From positions 256,742,001-256,806,000 of the forward strand of contig OZ024741.1 in assembly GCA_964016885.1 (NCBI GenBank): 64,000 nucleotides of DNA, given 5' to 3'. A model generated the notes under the pieces. That model was not told where the DNA came from, searched no databases, and saw only the letters and a program-made list of their open reading frames with translations. A program made the translations under genes and the position numbers. Position 1 is the first letter of the stretch. Each line of letters begins with the position of its first letter. Below, one piece after another: positions 1 to 13,867 of the stretch. The DNA comes from Eledone cirrhosa. Lineage: Eukaryota.

Positions 1-1759
1 TAGGTTTACGAGTGTTTCGACACACGAGTGTTTTAACTTACGTGTGTTTCGACTTACGGGTGTTTCGACTTACGAGTGTTTCGGTGTACGAGTGTTTCGA
101 CTTAAGGATGTTTCGATTTACGAGTGTTTCGACTTACGATTGTTTCGGCTTACGTGAGTTTCGACTTAAGAGTGTTCTGATTTACGAGTGTTCTGACTTG
201 CGGGTGTTCTGATTTACGAGTGTTCCGACTTACGAGTGTTTCGGCTTATGAGTGTTTCGACTTACGAGTGTTTCGGCTTACGAGTGTTTCGCCTTATGGG
301 TGTTTCGACTTACGAGTGTTTTGACTTACGAGTGTTTTGACTTACATGTGTTTCGACTTATGGTGTTTCGGCTTACGAGTGTTTCGACATACGAGTGTTT
401 TGACGTACGGGTGTTTCGATACGAGTGTTCTGACTTACGAGTGTTCTGACTTACGAGTGTTCTGACTTACGGGTGTTCTAACTTACGAGTGTTCCGACTT
501 ACGAGTGTTTCGGCTTATGAGGGTTTCGACTTACGAGTGCTTCGGCTTACGAGTGTTTCGACTTACGAGTGTTTCGGCTTACGAGTGTTTCGAATTACGA
601 ATGTTTTGGCTTACGAGTGTTTCGGCTTACGAGTGTTTCGACTTACGAGTGTTTCGACTTACGAGTGTTTTGACTTATGGTGTTTCGGCTTACGAGTGTT
701 TCGACTTACGAGTGTTTTGACTTGCGAGTGTTTTGACTTACGGTGTTTCTGCTTACGAGTGTTTCGACTTACGAGTGTTATGACTTACGGGTGTTTTGAC
801 ATACGAGTGTTTCGATACGAGTGTTTCGACTTACGAGTGTTTTGACTTACGAGTGTTTCGAGTTACGAGTGTTTCGAATTACGAATGTTTTTACTTACGA
901 ATGTTCTGACTTACGGGTGTTTCGGCTTACGAGTGTTTCGACTTACGAGTGTTTTAACTTACGGGTGTTTCTACTTACGCGTGTTTCGACTTGCAAGTGT
1001 TTCGACTTACGAGTGTTTCGACTACGAATGTGCCGACTTACGAGTGTTTCGACTTATGAGTGTTTCGACTTACGAGTGTTCTGACTTACGGGTGTTCCGA
1101 CTGACGAGTGTTTCGGCTTACGATTGTTTTGACTTACGATTGTTTTGGCTTACGAATGTTTCGACTTACGAGTGTTTCAACTTACGAGTGTTTTGACTTA
1201 CGGTGTTTCGGCTTACGAGTGTTTCGACTTACGAGTGTTTTGACTTACGGGTGTTTTGACATACGAGTGTTTCGATACGAGTGTTCTGACTTACGAGTGT
1301 TCTGACTTACGAGTGTTCTGACTTACGAGTGTTCTGACTTACGGGTGTTCTGACTTACGAGTGTTCCGACTTACGAGTGTTTCGGCTTATGAGGGTTTCG
1401 ACTTACGAGTGCTTCGGCTTACGAGTGTTTCGACCTACGAATGTTTCGGCTTACGAGTGTTTCGACTTACGAATGTTTTGGCTTACGAGTGTTTCGGCTT
1501 ACGAGTGTTTCGAATTACGAGTGTTTCGACTTACGAGTGTTTTGACTTACGGTGTTTCGGCTTACGAGTGTTTCGACTTACGAGTGCTTTAACTTACGGG
1601 TGTTTCGACTTACGCGTGTTTCGACTTACGTATGTTCCGACTTACGAGTGTTTCGACATACGAGTGTTTCGGCTTACGAGTGTTTCGACTTACGAGTGTT
1701 TCGACTTACGAGTGTTCTGACTTACGAGTGTTCTGACTTACGAGTGTTCTGACTTACGA

Positions 1760-1828
1760 AAATAACGTATAGACGCGGTTTCAAATATCTATGCTTTTCA
1801 AATTCATTACATTAATCTTTATTTATAC
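1760..1828 (+). repeat. 69-bp AT-rich interspersed spacer, type C (representative of ~58 copies in the window)
   Basis: AAATAACGTATAGACGCGGTTTCAAATATCTATGCTTTTCAAATTCATTACATTAATCTTTATTTATAC lies between TTACGA and GTTTCGCT. Type C has AAATATCT and is followed by GGCGTACG...TTTTAACTTACGGTTG. Also at 2051, 4486, 4777, 7212, 7503, 10098, 20839, 21534, 22230, 32838, 33533, 34229, 37851, 62062 and 62758. Confidence 0.95.
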
Positions 1829-2985
1829 GTTTCGCTTTACGAGTGTTTCGGCGTACGAGTGTTTCGACTTACGAGTGTTTTAACTTACGGTTGTTTCGAC
1901 TTACGCGTGTTTCGACTTACGAATGTTCCGACTTACGCGTGTTTCGACTTACGAGTGTTTCGACTTACGAGTGTTTCGACTTACAAATGTTCCGACTTAC
2001 GAGTGTTTCTACTTACGAGTGTTTCGGCTTACGAGTGTTTCGACTTACGAAAATAACGTATAGACGCGGTTTCAAATATCTATGCTTTTCAAATTCATTA
2101 CATTAATCTTTATTTATACGTTTCGCTTTACGAGTGTTTCGGCGTACGAGTGTTTCGACTTACGAGTGTTTTAACTTACGGTTGTTTCGACTTACGCGTG
2201 TTTCGACTACGAATGTTCCGACTTACGAGTGTTTCGACTTACGAATGTTTTGACTTACGGGTGTTTCGACTTACGCGTGTTTCGACTCACGAATGTTCCG
2301 ACTTACGAGTGTTTCGACATACGAGTGTTTCGGCTTACGAGTGTTTCGACTTACGAGTGTTTCGACTTACGAGTGTTCTGACTTACGAGTGATCTGACTT
2401 ACGAGTGTTCCTACTTACGAGTGTTTCGACTTACGAGTGTTTCGGCTTACGAGTGTTTCGGTGTTTCGGCTTACGTGTGTTTCGACTTACGAGTGTTTTG
2501 ACTTACGAGTGTTTCGGCTTATGAGTGTTTCGACTTACGAGTGCTTCGGCTTACGAGTGTTTCGACTTACGAGTGTTTCGGCTTACGAGTGTTTCGGCTT
2601 ACGAGTGTTTCAACGTACGAATGTTTTGGCTTACGAGTGTTTCGGCTTATGAGTGTTTCGACTTACGAGTGTTTCGGCTTACGAGTGTTTCGGCTTACGA
2701 GTGTTTCGACTTACGAGTGTTTCGACTTACGAGTGTTTCGACTTACGAGTGTTTCGACTTACGAGTGTTTTGACTTACGGTGTTTCGGCTTACGAGTGTT
2801 TCGACTTACGAGTGTTTTGACTTACTGGTGTTTTGACATACGAGTGTTTCGATACGAGTGTTTCGACTTACGAGTGTTCTGACTTACGAGTGTTCTGACT
2901 TACGAGTGTTCTGACTTACGAGTGTTCCGACTTACGAGTGTTTCGGCTCACCAGTGTTTCGGCTTACGAGTGTTTCGACTTATGA

Positions 2986-3054
2986 AAATAACAAATAGAC
3001 GCGGTTTCAAATCTCTATGCTTTTCAAATTCATTACATTAATCTTTATTTATAC
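2986..3054 (+). repeat. 69-bp AT-rich spacer, type A (representative)
   Basis: AAATAACAAATAGACGCGGTTTCAAATCTCTATG..., preceded two monomers upstream by the marker monomer GGCTCACCAGTG. Also at about 5712, 8438, 10513, 11629, 15564, 19889, 23662, 27549, 31888, 35661, 39820, 41179, 42429, 45484, 47415, 48774, 50024, 52969, 54344, 55594, 58549 and 61331. Confidence 0.95.
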
Positions 3055-6000
3055 GTTTCGCTTTACGAGTGTTTCGACTTACGAGTGTTTCGACTTACGA
3101 GTGTTTCGGCTTACGATTGTTTTGACTTACGAGTGTTTTGACTTACATGTGTTTCGACTTACGCGTGTTTCGGCTTACGAGTGTTTCGAATTACGAGTGT
3201 TCTGACTACGAGTGTTCTGACTTACGGGTGTTCTGACTTACGAGTGTTCCGACTTACGAGTGTTTAGGCTTATGAGTGTTTCGACTTACGGGTGTTTCGG
3301 CTTTCGAGTGTTTCGACTTACGAGTGTTTCGGGTTACGAGTGTTTCGACTTACGAATGTTTTCGCTTACGAGTGTTTCGGCTTACGAGTGTTTCGACTTA
3401 CGAGTGTTTCGACTTACGAGTGTTTTGACTTACGGTTTTTCGGCTTGCGAGTGTTTTGACATACGAGTGTTTTGACTTAAGGGCGTTTCGACTTACGGGT
3501 GTTTCGACTTACGAGTGTTTCGACTTACGAGTGTTCTGACTTACGAGTGTTCTGACTTGCGAGTGTTCCGACTTACGAGTGTTTCGGCTTACGAGTGTTT
3601 CGACATACGAGTGTTTTGACATACGGATGTTTCGACTTACGGGTGTTTCGACTTACGAGTGTTTCGACTTACGAGTGTTTTAACTTACGGGTGTTTCTAC
3701 TTACGCGTGTTTCGACTTGCAAGTGTTTCGACTTACGAGTGTTTCGACTATGAATGTGCCGACTTACGAGTGTTTCGACTTATGAGTGTTTCGACTTACG
3801 AGTGTTCTGACTTACGGGTGTTCCGACTGACGAGTGTTTCGGCTTCCGATTGTTTTGACTTACGATTGTTTTGGCTTACGAATGTTTCGACTTACGAGTG
3901 TTTCAACTTACGAGTGTTTTGACTTACGGTGTTTCGGCTTACGAGTGTTTCGACTTACGAGTGTTTTGACTTACGGGTGTTTTGACATACGAGTGTTTCG
4001 ATACGAGTGTTCTGACTTACGAGTGTTCTGACTTACGAGTGTTCTGACTTACGAGTGTTCTGACTTACGGGTGTTCTGACTTACGAGTGTTCCGACTTAC
4101 GAGTGTTTCGGCTTATGAGGGTTTCGACTTACGAGTGCTTCGGCTTACGAGTGTTTCGACCTACGAATGTTTCGGCTTACGAGTGTTTCGACTTACGAAT
4201 GTTTTGGCTTACGAGTGTTTCGGCTTACGAGTGTTTCGAATTACGAGTGTTTCGACTTACGAGTGTTTTGACTTACGGTGTTTCGGCTTACGAGTGTTTC
4301 GACTTACGAGTGCTTTAACTTACGGGTGTTTCGACTTACGCGTGTTTCGACTTACGTATGTTCCGACTTACGAGTGTTTCGACATACGAGTGTTTCGGCT
4401 TACGAGTGTTTCGACTTACGAGTGTTTCGACTTACGAGTGTTCTGACTTACGAGTGTTCTGACTTACGAGTGTTCTGACTTACGAAAATAACGTATAGAC
4501 GCGGTTTCAAATATCTATGCTTTTCAAATTCATTACATTAATCTTTATTTATACGTTTCGCTTTACGAGTGTTTCGGCGTACGAGTGTTTCGACTTACGA
4601 GTGTTTTAACTTACGGTTGTTTCGACTTACGCGTGTTTCGACTTACGAATGTTCCGACTTACGCGTGTTTCGACTTACGAGTGTTTCGACTTACGAGTGT
4701 TTCGACTTACAAATGTTCCGACTTACGAGTGTTTCTACTTACGAGTGTTTCGGCTTACGAGTGTTTCGACTTACGAAAATAACGTATAGACGCGGTTTCA
4801 AATATCTATGCTTTTCAAATTCATTACATTAATCTTTATTTATACGTTTCGCTTTACGAGTGTTTCGGCGTACGAGTGTTTCGACTTACGAGTGTTTTAA
4901 CTTACGGTTGTTTCGACTTACGCGTGTTTCGACTACGAATGTTCCGACTTACGAGTGTTTCGACTTACGAATGTTTTGACTTACGGGTGTTTCGACTTAC
5001 GCGTGTTTCGACTCACGAATGTTCCGACTTACGAGTGTTTCGACATACGAGTGTTTCGGCTTACGAGTGTTTCGACTTACGAGTGTTTCGACTTACGAGT
5101 GTTCTGACTTACGAGTGATCTGACTTACGAGTGTTCCTACTTACGAGTGTTTCGACTTACGAGTGTTTCGGCTTACGAGTGTTTCGGTGTTTCGGCTTAC
5201 GTGTGTTTCGACTTACGAGTGTTTTGACTTACGAGTGTTTCGGCTTATGAGTGTTTCGACTTACGAGTGCTTCGGCTTACGAGTGTTTCGACTTACGAGT
5301 GTTTCGGCTTACGAGTGTTTCGGCTTACGAGTGTTTCAACGTACGAATGTTTTGGCTTACGAGTGTTTCGGCTTATGAGTGTTTCGACTTACGAGTGTTT
5401 CGGCTTACGAGTGTTTCGGCTTACGAGTGTTTCGACTTACGAGTGTTTCGACTTACGAGTGTTTCGACTTACGAGTGTTTCGACTTACGAGTGTTTTGAC
5501 TTACGGTGTTTCGGCTTACGAGTGTTTCGACTTACGAGTGTTTTGACTTACTGGTGTTTTGACATACGAGTGTTTCGATACGAGTGTTTCGACTTACGAG
5601 TGTTCTGACTTACGAGTGTTCTGACTTACGAGTGTTCTGACTTACGAGTGTTCCGACTTACGAGTGTTTCGGCTCACCAGTGTTTCGGCTTACGAGTGTT
5701 TCGACTTATGAAAATAACAAATAGACGCGGTTTCAAATCTCTATGCTTTTCAAATTCATTACATTAATCTTTATTTATACGTTTCGCTTTACGAGTGTTT
5801 CGACTTACGAGTGTTTCGACTTACGAGTGTTTCGGCTTACGATTGTTTTGACTTACGAGTGTTTTGACTTACATGTGTTTCGACTTACGCGTGTTTCGGC
5901 TTACGAGTGTTTCGAATTACGAGTGTTCTGACTACGAGTGTTCTGACTTACGGGTGTTCTGACTTACGAGTGTTCCGACTTACGAGTGTTTAGGCTTATG

Positions 6001-9000
6001 AGTGTTTCGACTTACGGGTGTTTCGGCTTTCGAGTGTTTCGACTTACGAGTGTTTCGGGTTACGAGTGTTTCGACTTACGAATGTTTTCGCTTACGAGTG
6101 TTTCGGCTTACGAGTGTTTCGACTTACGAGTGTTTCGACTTACGAGTGTTTTGACTTACGGTTTTTCGGCTTGCGAGTGTTTTGACATACGAGTGTTTTG
6201 ACTTACGGGCGTTTCGACTTACGGGTGTTTCGACTTACGAGTGTTTCGACTTACGAGTGTTCTGACTTACGAGTGTTCTGACTTGCGAGTGTTCCGACTT
6301 ACGAGTGTTTCGGCTTACGAGTGTTTCGACATACGAGTGTTTTGACATACGGATGTTTCGACTTACGGGTGTTTCGACTTACGAGTGTTTCGACTTACGA
6401 GTGTTTTAACTTACGGGTGTTTCTACTTACGCGTGTTTCGACTTGCAAGTGTTTCGACTTACGAGTGTTTCGACTATGAATGTGCCGACTTACGAGTGTT
6501 TCGACTTATGAGTGTTTCGACTTACGAGTGTTCTGACTTACGGGTGTTCCGACTGACGAGTGTTTCGGCTTCCGATTGTTTTGACTTACGATTGTTTTGG
6601 CTTACGAATGTTTCGACTTACGAGTGTTTCAACTTACGAGTGTTTTGACTTACGGTGTTTCGGCTTACGAGTGTTTCGACTTACGAGTGTTTTGACTTAC
6701 GGGTGTTTTGACATACGAGTGTTTCGATACGAGTGTTCTGACTTACGAGTGTTCTCACTTACGAGTGTTCTGACTTACGAGTGTTCTGACTTACGGGTGT
6801 TCTGACTTACGAGTGTTCCGACTTACGAGTGTTTCGGCTTATGAGGGTTTCGACTTACGAGTGCTTCGGCTTACGAGTGTTTCGACCTACGAATGTTTCG
6901 GCTTACGAGTGTTTCGACTTACGAATGTTTTGGCTTACGAGTGTTTCGGCTTACGAGTGTTTCGAATTACGAGTGTTTCGACTTACGAGTGTTTTGACTT
7001 ACGGTGTTTCGGCTTACGAGTGTTTCGACTTACGAGTGCTTTAACTTACGGGTGTTTCGACTTACGCGTGTTTCGACTTACGTATGTTCCGACTTACGAG
7101 TGTTTCGACATACGAGTGTTTCGGCTTACGAGTGTTTCGACTTACGAGTGTTTCGACTTACGAGTGTTCTGACTTACGAGTGTTCTGACTTACGAGTGTT
7201 CTGACTTACGAAAATAACGTATAGACGCGGTTTCAAATATCTATGCTTTTCAAATTCATTACATTAATCTTTATTTATACGTTTCGCTTTACGAGTGTTT
7301 CGGCGTACGAGTGTTTCGACTTACGAGTGTTTTAACTTACGGTTGTTTCGACTTACGCGTGTTTCGACTTACGAATGTTCCGACTTACGCGTGTTTCGAC
7401 TTACGAGTGTTTCGACTTACGAGTGTTTCGACTTACAAATGTTCCGACTTACGAGTGTTTCTACTTACGAGTGTTTCGGCTTACGAGTGTTTCGACTTAC
7501 GAAAATAACGTATAGACGCGGTTTCAAATATCTATGCTTTTCAAATTCATTACATTAATCTTTATTTATACGTTTCGCTTTACGAGTGTTTCGGCGTACG
7601 AGTGTTTCGACTTACGAGTGTTTTAACTTACGGTTGTTTCGACTTACGCGTGTTTCGACTACGAATGTTCCGACTTACGAGTGTTTCGACTTACGAATGT
7701 TTTGACTTACGGGTGTTTCGACTTACGCGTGTTTCGACTCACGAATGTTCCGACTTACGAGTGTTTCGACATACGAGTGTTTCGGCTTACGAGTGTTTCG
7801 ACTTACGAGTGTTTCGACTTACGAGTGTTCTGACTTACGAGTGATCTGACTTACGAGTGTTCCTACTTACGAGTGTTTCGACTTACGAGTGTTTCGGCTT
7901 ACGAGTGTTTCGGTGTTTCGGCTTACGTGTGTTTCGACTTACGAGTGTTTTGACTTACGAGTGTTTCGGCTTATGAGTGTTTCGACTTACGAGTGCTTCG
8001 GCTTACGAGTGTTTCGACTTACGAGTGTTTCGGCTTACGAGTGTTTCGGCTTACGAGTGTTTCAACGTACGAATGTTTTGGCTTACGAGTGTTTCGGCTT
8101 ATGAGTGTTTCGACTTACGAGTGTTTCGGCTTACGAGTGTTTCGGCTTACGAGTGTTTCGACTTACGAGTGTTTCGACTTACGAGTGTTTCGACTTACGA
8201 GTGTTTCGACTTACGAGTGTTTTGACTTACGGTGTTTCGGCTTACGAGTGTTTCGACTTACGAGTGTTTTGACTTACTGGTGTTTTGACATACGAGTGTT
8301 TCGATACGAGTGTTTCGACTTACGAGTGTTCTGACTTACGAGTGTTCTGACTTACGAGTGTTCTGACTTACGAGTGTTCCGACTTACGAGTGTTTCGGCT
8401 CACCAGTGTTTCGGCTTACGAGTGTTTCGACTTATGAAAATAACAAATAGACGCGGTTTCAAATCTCTATGCTTTTCAAATTCATTACATTAATCTTTAT
8501 TTATACGTTTCGCTTTACGAGTGTTTCGACTTACGAGTGTTTCGACTTACGAGTGTTTCGGCTTACGATTGTTTTGACTTACGAGTGTTTTGACTTACAT
8601 GTGTTTCGACTTACGCGTGTTTCGGCTTACGAGTGTTTCGAATTACGAGTGTTCTGACTACGAGTGTTCTGACTTACGGGTGTTCTGACTTACGAGTGTT
8701 CCGACTTACGAGTGTTTAGGCTTATGAGTGTTTCGACTTACGGGTGTTTCGGCTTTCGAGTGTTTCGACTTACGAGTGTTTCGGGTTACGAGTGTTTCGA
8801 CTTACGAATGTTTTCGCTTACGAGTGTTTCGGCTTACGAGTGTTTCGACTTACGAGTGTTTCGACTTACGAGTGTTTTGACTTACGGTTTTTCGGCTTGC
8901 GAGTGTTTTGACATACGAGTGTTTTGACTTACGGGCGTTTCGACTTACGGGTGTTTCGACTTACGAGTGTTTCGACTTACGAGTGTTCTGACTTACGAGT

Positions 9001-12000
9001 GTTCTGACTTGCGAGTGTTCCGACTTACGAGTGTTTCGGCTTACGAGTGTTTCGACATACGAGTGTTTTGACATACGGATGTTTCGACTTACGGGTGTTT
9101 CGACTTACGAGTGTTTCGACTTACGAGTGTTTTAACTTACGGGTGTTTCTACTTACGCGTGTTTCGACTTGCAAGTGTTTCGACTTACGAGTGTTTCGAC
9201 TATGAATGTGCCGACTTACGAGTGTTTCGACTTATGAGTGTTTCGACTTACGAGTGTTCTGACTTACGGGTGTTCCGACTGACGAGTGTTTCGGCTTCCG
9301 ATTGTTTTGACTTACGATTGTTTTGGCTTACGAATGTTTCGACTTACGAGTGTTTCAACTTACGAGTGTTTTGACTTACGGTGTTTCGGCTTACGAGTGT
9401 TTCGACTTACGAGTGTTTTGACTTACGGGTGTTTTGACATACGAGTGTTTCGATACGAGTGTTCTGACTTACGAGTGTTCTGACTTACGAGTGTTCTGAC
9501 TTACGAGTGTTCTGACTTACGGATGTTCTGACTTACGAGTGTTCCGACTTACGAGTGTTTCGGCTTATGAGGGTTTCGACTTACGAGTGCTTCGGCTTAC
9601 GAGTGTTTCGACCTACGAGTGTTTCGGCTTACGAGTGTTTCGACTTACGAATGTTTTCGCTTACGAGTGTTTCGGCTTACGAGTGTTTCGAATTACGAGT
9701 GTTTCGACTTACGAGTGTTTTGACTTACGGTGTTTCGGCTTACGAGTGTTTCGACTTACGAGTGTTTTAACTTACGGGTGTTTCGACTTACGCGTGTTTC
9801 GACTTACGAATGTTCCGACTTACGAGTGTTTCGACATACGAGTGTTTCGGCTTACGAGTGTTTCGACTTACGAGTGTTTCGACTTACGAGTGTTCTGACT
9901 TACGAGTGTTCTGACTTACGAGTGTTCTGACTTACGAGTGTTCCGACTTACGAGTGTTTCGACTTACGAGTGTTTTGACTTACGCGTGTTTCGACTTACG
10001 AGTGTTTCGACTTACGAGTGTTTCGACTTACAAATGTTCCGACTTACGAGTGTTTCTACTTACGAGTGTTTCGGCTTACGAGTGTTTCGACTTACGAAAA
10101 TAACATATAGACGCGGTTTCAAATATCTATGCTTTTCAAATTCATTACATTAATCTTTATTTATACGTTTCGCTTTACGAGTGTTTCGGCGTACGAGTGT
10201 TTCGACTTACGAGTGTTTTAACTTACGGTTGTTTCGACTTACGCGTGTTTCGACTACGAATGTTCCGACTTGCGAGTGTTTCGGCTTACGAGTGTTTTGA
10301 CTTACGGTGTTTCGGCTTACGAATGTTTCGACTTACGAGTGTTTTGACTTACTGGTGTTTTGACATACGAGTGTTTCGATACGAGTGTTTCGACTTACGA
10401 GTGTTCTGACTTACGAGTGTTCTGACTTACGAGTGTTCTGACTTACGAGTGTTCCGACTTACGAGTGTTTCGGCTCACCAGTGTTTCGGCTTACGAGTGT
10501 TTCGACTTATGAAAATAACAAATAGACGCGGTTTCAAATCTCTATGCTTTTCAAATTCATTACATTAATCTTTATTTATACGTTTCGCTTTACGAGTGTT
10601 TCGACTTACGAGTGTTTCGACTTACGAGTGTTTCGGCTTACGATTGTTTTGACTTACGAGTGTTTTGACTTACATGTGTTTCGACTTACGCGTGTTTCGG
10701 CTTACGAGTGTTTCGAATTACGAGTGTTCTGACTACGAGTGTTCTGACTTACGGGTGTTCTGACTTACGTGTGTTCCGACTTACGAGTGTTTCGGCTTAT
10801 GAGTGTTTCGACTTACGGGTGTTTCGGCTTTTGAGTGTTTCGACTTACGAGTGTTTCGGGTTACGAGTGTTTCGACTTACGAATGTTTTCGCTTACGAGT
10901 GTTTCGGCTTACGAGTGTTTCGACTTACGAGTGTTTCGACTTACGAGTGTTTTGACTTACGGTTTTTCGGCTTGCGAGTGTTTCGACATACGAGTGTTTT
11001 GACTTACGGGCGTTTCGACTTACGGGTGTTTCGACTTACGAGTGTTTCGGCTTACGAGTGTTTCGACATACGAGTGTTTTGACATACGGATGTTTCGACT
11101 TACGGGTGTTTCGACTTACGAGTGTTTCGACTTACGAGTGTTCTGACTACGAGTGTTCTGACTTACGGGTTCTTTGACTTACGAGTGTTTCGACTTACGA
11201 GTGTTTCGACTTATGAGTGTTTCGGCTTACGAGTGTTTTGACTTACGAGTGTTCTGACTACGAGTGTTCTGACTTACGAGTGTTTCGGCTTATGAGTGTT
11301 TCGACTTACGAGTGTTTCGGCTTATGAGTGTTTCGACTTACGAGTGTTTCGACTTACGAGTGTTTCGACTTACGAGTGTTTTGACTTACGGTGTTTCGGC
11401 TTACGAGTGTTTCGACTTACGAGTGTTTTGACTTACTGGTGTTTTGACATACGAGTGTTTCGATACGAGTGTTTCGACTTACGAGTGTTCTGACTTACGA
11501 GTGTTCTGACTTACGAGTGTTCTAACTTACGAGTGTTCTGACTTACGAGTGTTCTGACTTACGAGTGTTCCGACTTACGAGTGTTTCGGCTCACCAGTGT
11601 TTCGGCTTACGAGTGTTTCGACTTACGAAAATAACAAATAGACGCGGTTTCAAATCTCTATGCTTTTCATATTCATTACATTAATCTTTATTTATACGTT
11701 TCGCCTTACGAGTGTTTCGACTTACGAGTGTTTCGACTTACGAGTGTTTCGGCTTACGATTGTTTTGACTTACGAGTGTTTTGACTTACGGGTGTTTCGG
11801 CTTACGAGTGTTTCGACTTACGAGTGTTTTGACTTACGGGTGTTTTGACATACGAGTGTTTCGATACGAGTGTTCTGACTTACGAGTGTTCTGACTTACG
11901 AGTGTTCTGACTTACGAGTGTTCTGACTTACGAGTGTTCTGACATACGTGTGTTCTGACTTACGAGTGTTCCGATTTACGAGTGTTTCGGCTTATGAGTG

Positions 12001-12093
12001 TTTCGACTTACGAATGTTTTTGCTTACGGGTGTTTCGACTTACGAATGTTTTTGCTTACGAGTGTTTCGGCTTACGAGTGTTTCGACTTACGA

Positions 12094-12162
12094 AAATAAC
12101 AAATAGACGTGGTTTCAAATCTCTATGCTTTTCAAATTCATTACATTAATCTTTATTTACAC
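12094..12162 (+). repeat. 69-bp AT-rich spacer, type B (representative)
   Basis: Three linked diagnostic changes (GACGTGG, TTTACACG, downstream TTTACTAGTG), preceded by GAATGTTTTTGC monomers. Also at about 17747, 24079, 29732, 36078, 40237, 43322, 45901, 47816, 50918, 53386, 56552 and 59507. Confidence 0.95.
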
Positions 12163-12910
12163 GTTTCGCTTTACTAGTGTTTCGACTTACGAGTGTTTCG
12201 ACTTACGAGTGTTTCGACTTACGAGTGTTTCGACTTACGAGTGTTTTGACTTACGAGTGTTCTGACTTACGAGTGTTCTGACTTACGAGTGTTTCGACTT
12301 ACGAGTGTTCTGACTTACGAGTGTTCTGACTTACGAGTGTTCCGACTTACGAGTGTTTCGACTTACGAGTGTTTCGACTTACGAGTGTTTCGACTTACGA
12401 GTGTTTCGGCTTACGAGTGTTTTGACTTACGAGTGTTTCGACTTACGAGTGTTTCGACTTACGAGTGTTCTGGCTACGAGTGTTCTGACTTATGAGTGTT
12501 TCGGCTTATGAGTGTTTCGACTTACGAGTGTTTCGGCTTATGAGTGTTTCGACTTACGAGTGTTTCGGCTTACGATTGTTTCGACTTACGAGTGTTTCGA
12601 CTTACGAGTGTTTCGACATACGGGTGTTTCGACTTACGAGTGTTTCGACTACGAGTGTTTCGACTTACGAGTGTTTCGACTTACGAGTGTTCTGACTTAC
12701 GAGTGTTCTGACTTACGAGTGTTCTGACTTACGAGTGTTCCGACTTACGAGTGTTTCGACTTACGAGTGTTTTGACTTACGAATGTTCTGACTTACGGGT
12801 GTTTCGCCTTACGAGTGTTTCGACTTACGAGTGTTTTAAATTACGGGTGTTTCGACTTACGAGTGTTTCGACTTACGAGTGTTTCGACTTACGAGTGTTT
12901 CGACTTACGA

Positions 12911-12967
12911 AAATAACTTTCAAATATCTATGCTTTTCAAATTCATTACATTAATCTTTATTTATAC
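12911..12967 (+). repeat. Spacer type C with a 12-bp internal deletion (second copy at 24896)
   Basis: Reads AAATAAC-TTTCAAATATCTATG..., lacking the 12-mer AAATAGACGCGG. Confidence 0.92.
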
Positions 12968-13611
12968 GTTTCGCTTTACGAGTGTTTCGGCGTACGAGTG
13001 TCTCGACTTACGAGTGTTTTAACTTACGGTTGTTTCGACTTACGCGTGTTTCTACTACGAATGTTCCGACTTACGAGTGTTTCGACTTACGAGTGTTTCG
13101 ACTTACGAGTGCTTTGACTTACGAATGTTTTGACTTCGACTTACGAGTGATCTGACTTACGAGTGTTCCTACTTACGAGTGTTTCGACTTACGAGTGTTT
13201 CGACTTGCGAGTGTTTCGACTTACGAGTGTTTCGGCTTACGAGTGTTTCGATGTTTCGGCTTACGTGTGTTTCGACTTACGAGTGTTTCGACTTACGAGT
13301 GTTTCGGCTTATGAGTGTTTCGACTTACGAGTGCTTCGGCTTACGAGTGTTTCGACTTACGAGTGTTTCGGCTTACGAGTGTTTCGACGTACGAATGTTT
13401 TGGCTTACGAGTGTTTCGGCTTATGAGTGTTTCGACTTACGAGTGTTTCGACTTACGAGTGTTTCGGCTTACGAGTGTTTCGACTTACGAGTGTTTCGGC
13501 TTACGAGTGTTTCAGTGTTTCGGCTTACGTGTGTTTTGACTTACGAGTGTTTCGACTTACGAGTGTTTCGGCTTACGAGTGTTTCGGCTTACGAGTGTTT
13601 CGGCTTATATA

Positions 13612-13690
13612 TAAACGTTTCTATTTCCATCGTTTTATCGTAAACGTTTATATATTTCCATCGTTATATCATAACGTTTATATTTCCGTC
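13612..13690 (+). repeat. Short minisatellite, ~29-31-bp unit, about 2.6 copies (also at 25597-25675)
   Basis: TAAACGTTTCTATTTCCATCGTTTTATCG / TAAACGTTTATATATTTCCATCGTTATATCA / TAACGTTTATATTTCCGTC. Confidence 0.88.
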
Positions 13691-13867
13691 ACTAATCTCT
13701 TTTTCTCCTTTTCCGTTTTAACATATATTTATTTCAAAGATTTCACCGTATAGATAACATATATATTTATACATGCATAAAAGACACACCGAGAGACGGT
13801 AAAAATGTGGTGCCAAAAACATTTCTCATCCAAATCTCAACAATATCAGTATATACACTAGATTTGC

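Larger units (their letters stand above)
910..9930 (+). repeat. Higher-order repeat, period 2726 bp, about 3.3 near-identical copies
   Basis: Identical or near-identical ORF translations start at 1361/4087/6813/9539, 1843/4569/7295 and 3017/5743/8469. Spacer triplets sit at 1760,2051,2986 / 4486,4777,5712 / 7212,7503,8438. Boundaries are approximate. Confidence 0.95.

Noticed and set aside
1-130. Telomere-repeat resemblance (G/T-rich strand; TTACG/TTAGG; GGTGTACG and AAGGATGT as in some yeast telomeres)
   Set aside because: These are rare single-monomer variants. Variants are inherited in multi-kb duplicated blocks with internal spacers, which indicates recombinational satellite evolution, not telomerase synthesis.
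1757-1834. Spacer as an independent MITE (AACGTATA...TATACGTT, CGAAA...TTTCG inverted ends)
   Set aside because: The 8-bp inverted match exists only in the local CGTATA allele, AT-rich chance matches are likely, and all copies share one junction, so there is no evidence of independent transposition.
3638-3660. CENP-B box similarity of the TTCGACTTACGGG-type variant
   Set aside because: The canonical core TTCGNNNNANNCGGG needs two more bases between A and CGGG, so this is not a canonical box. Only the looser pogo hypothesis is retained.
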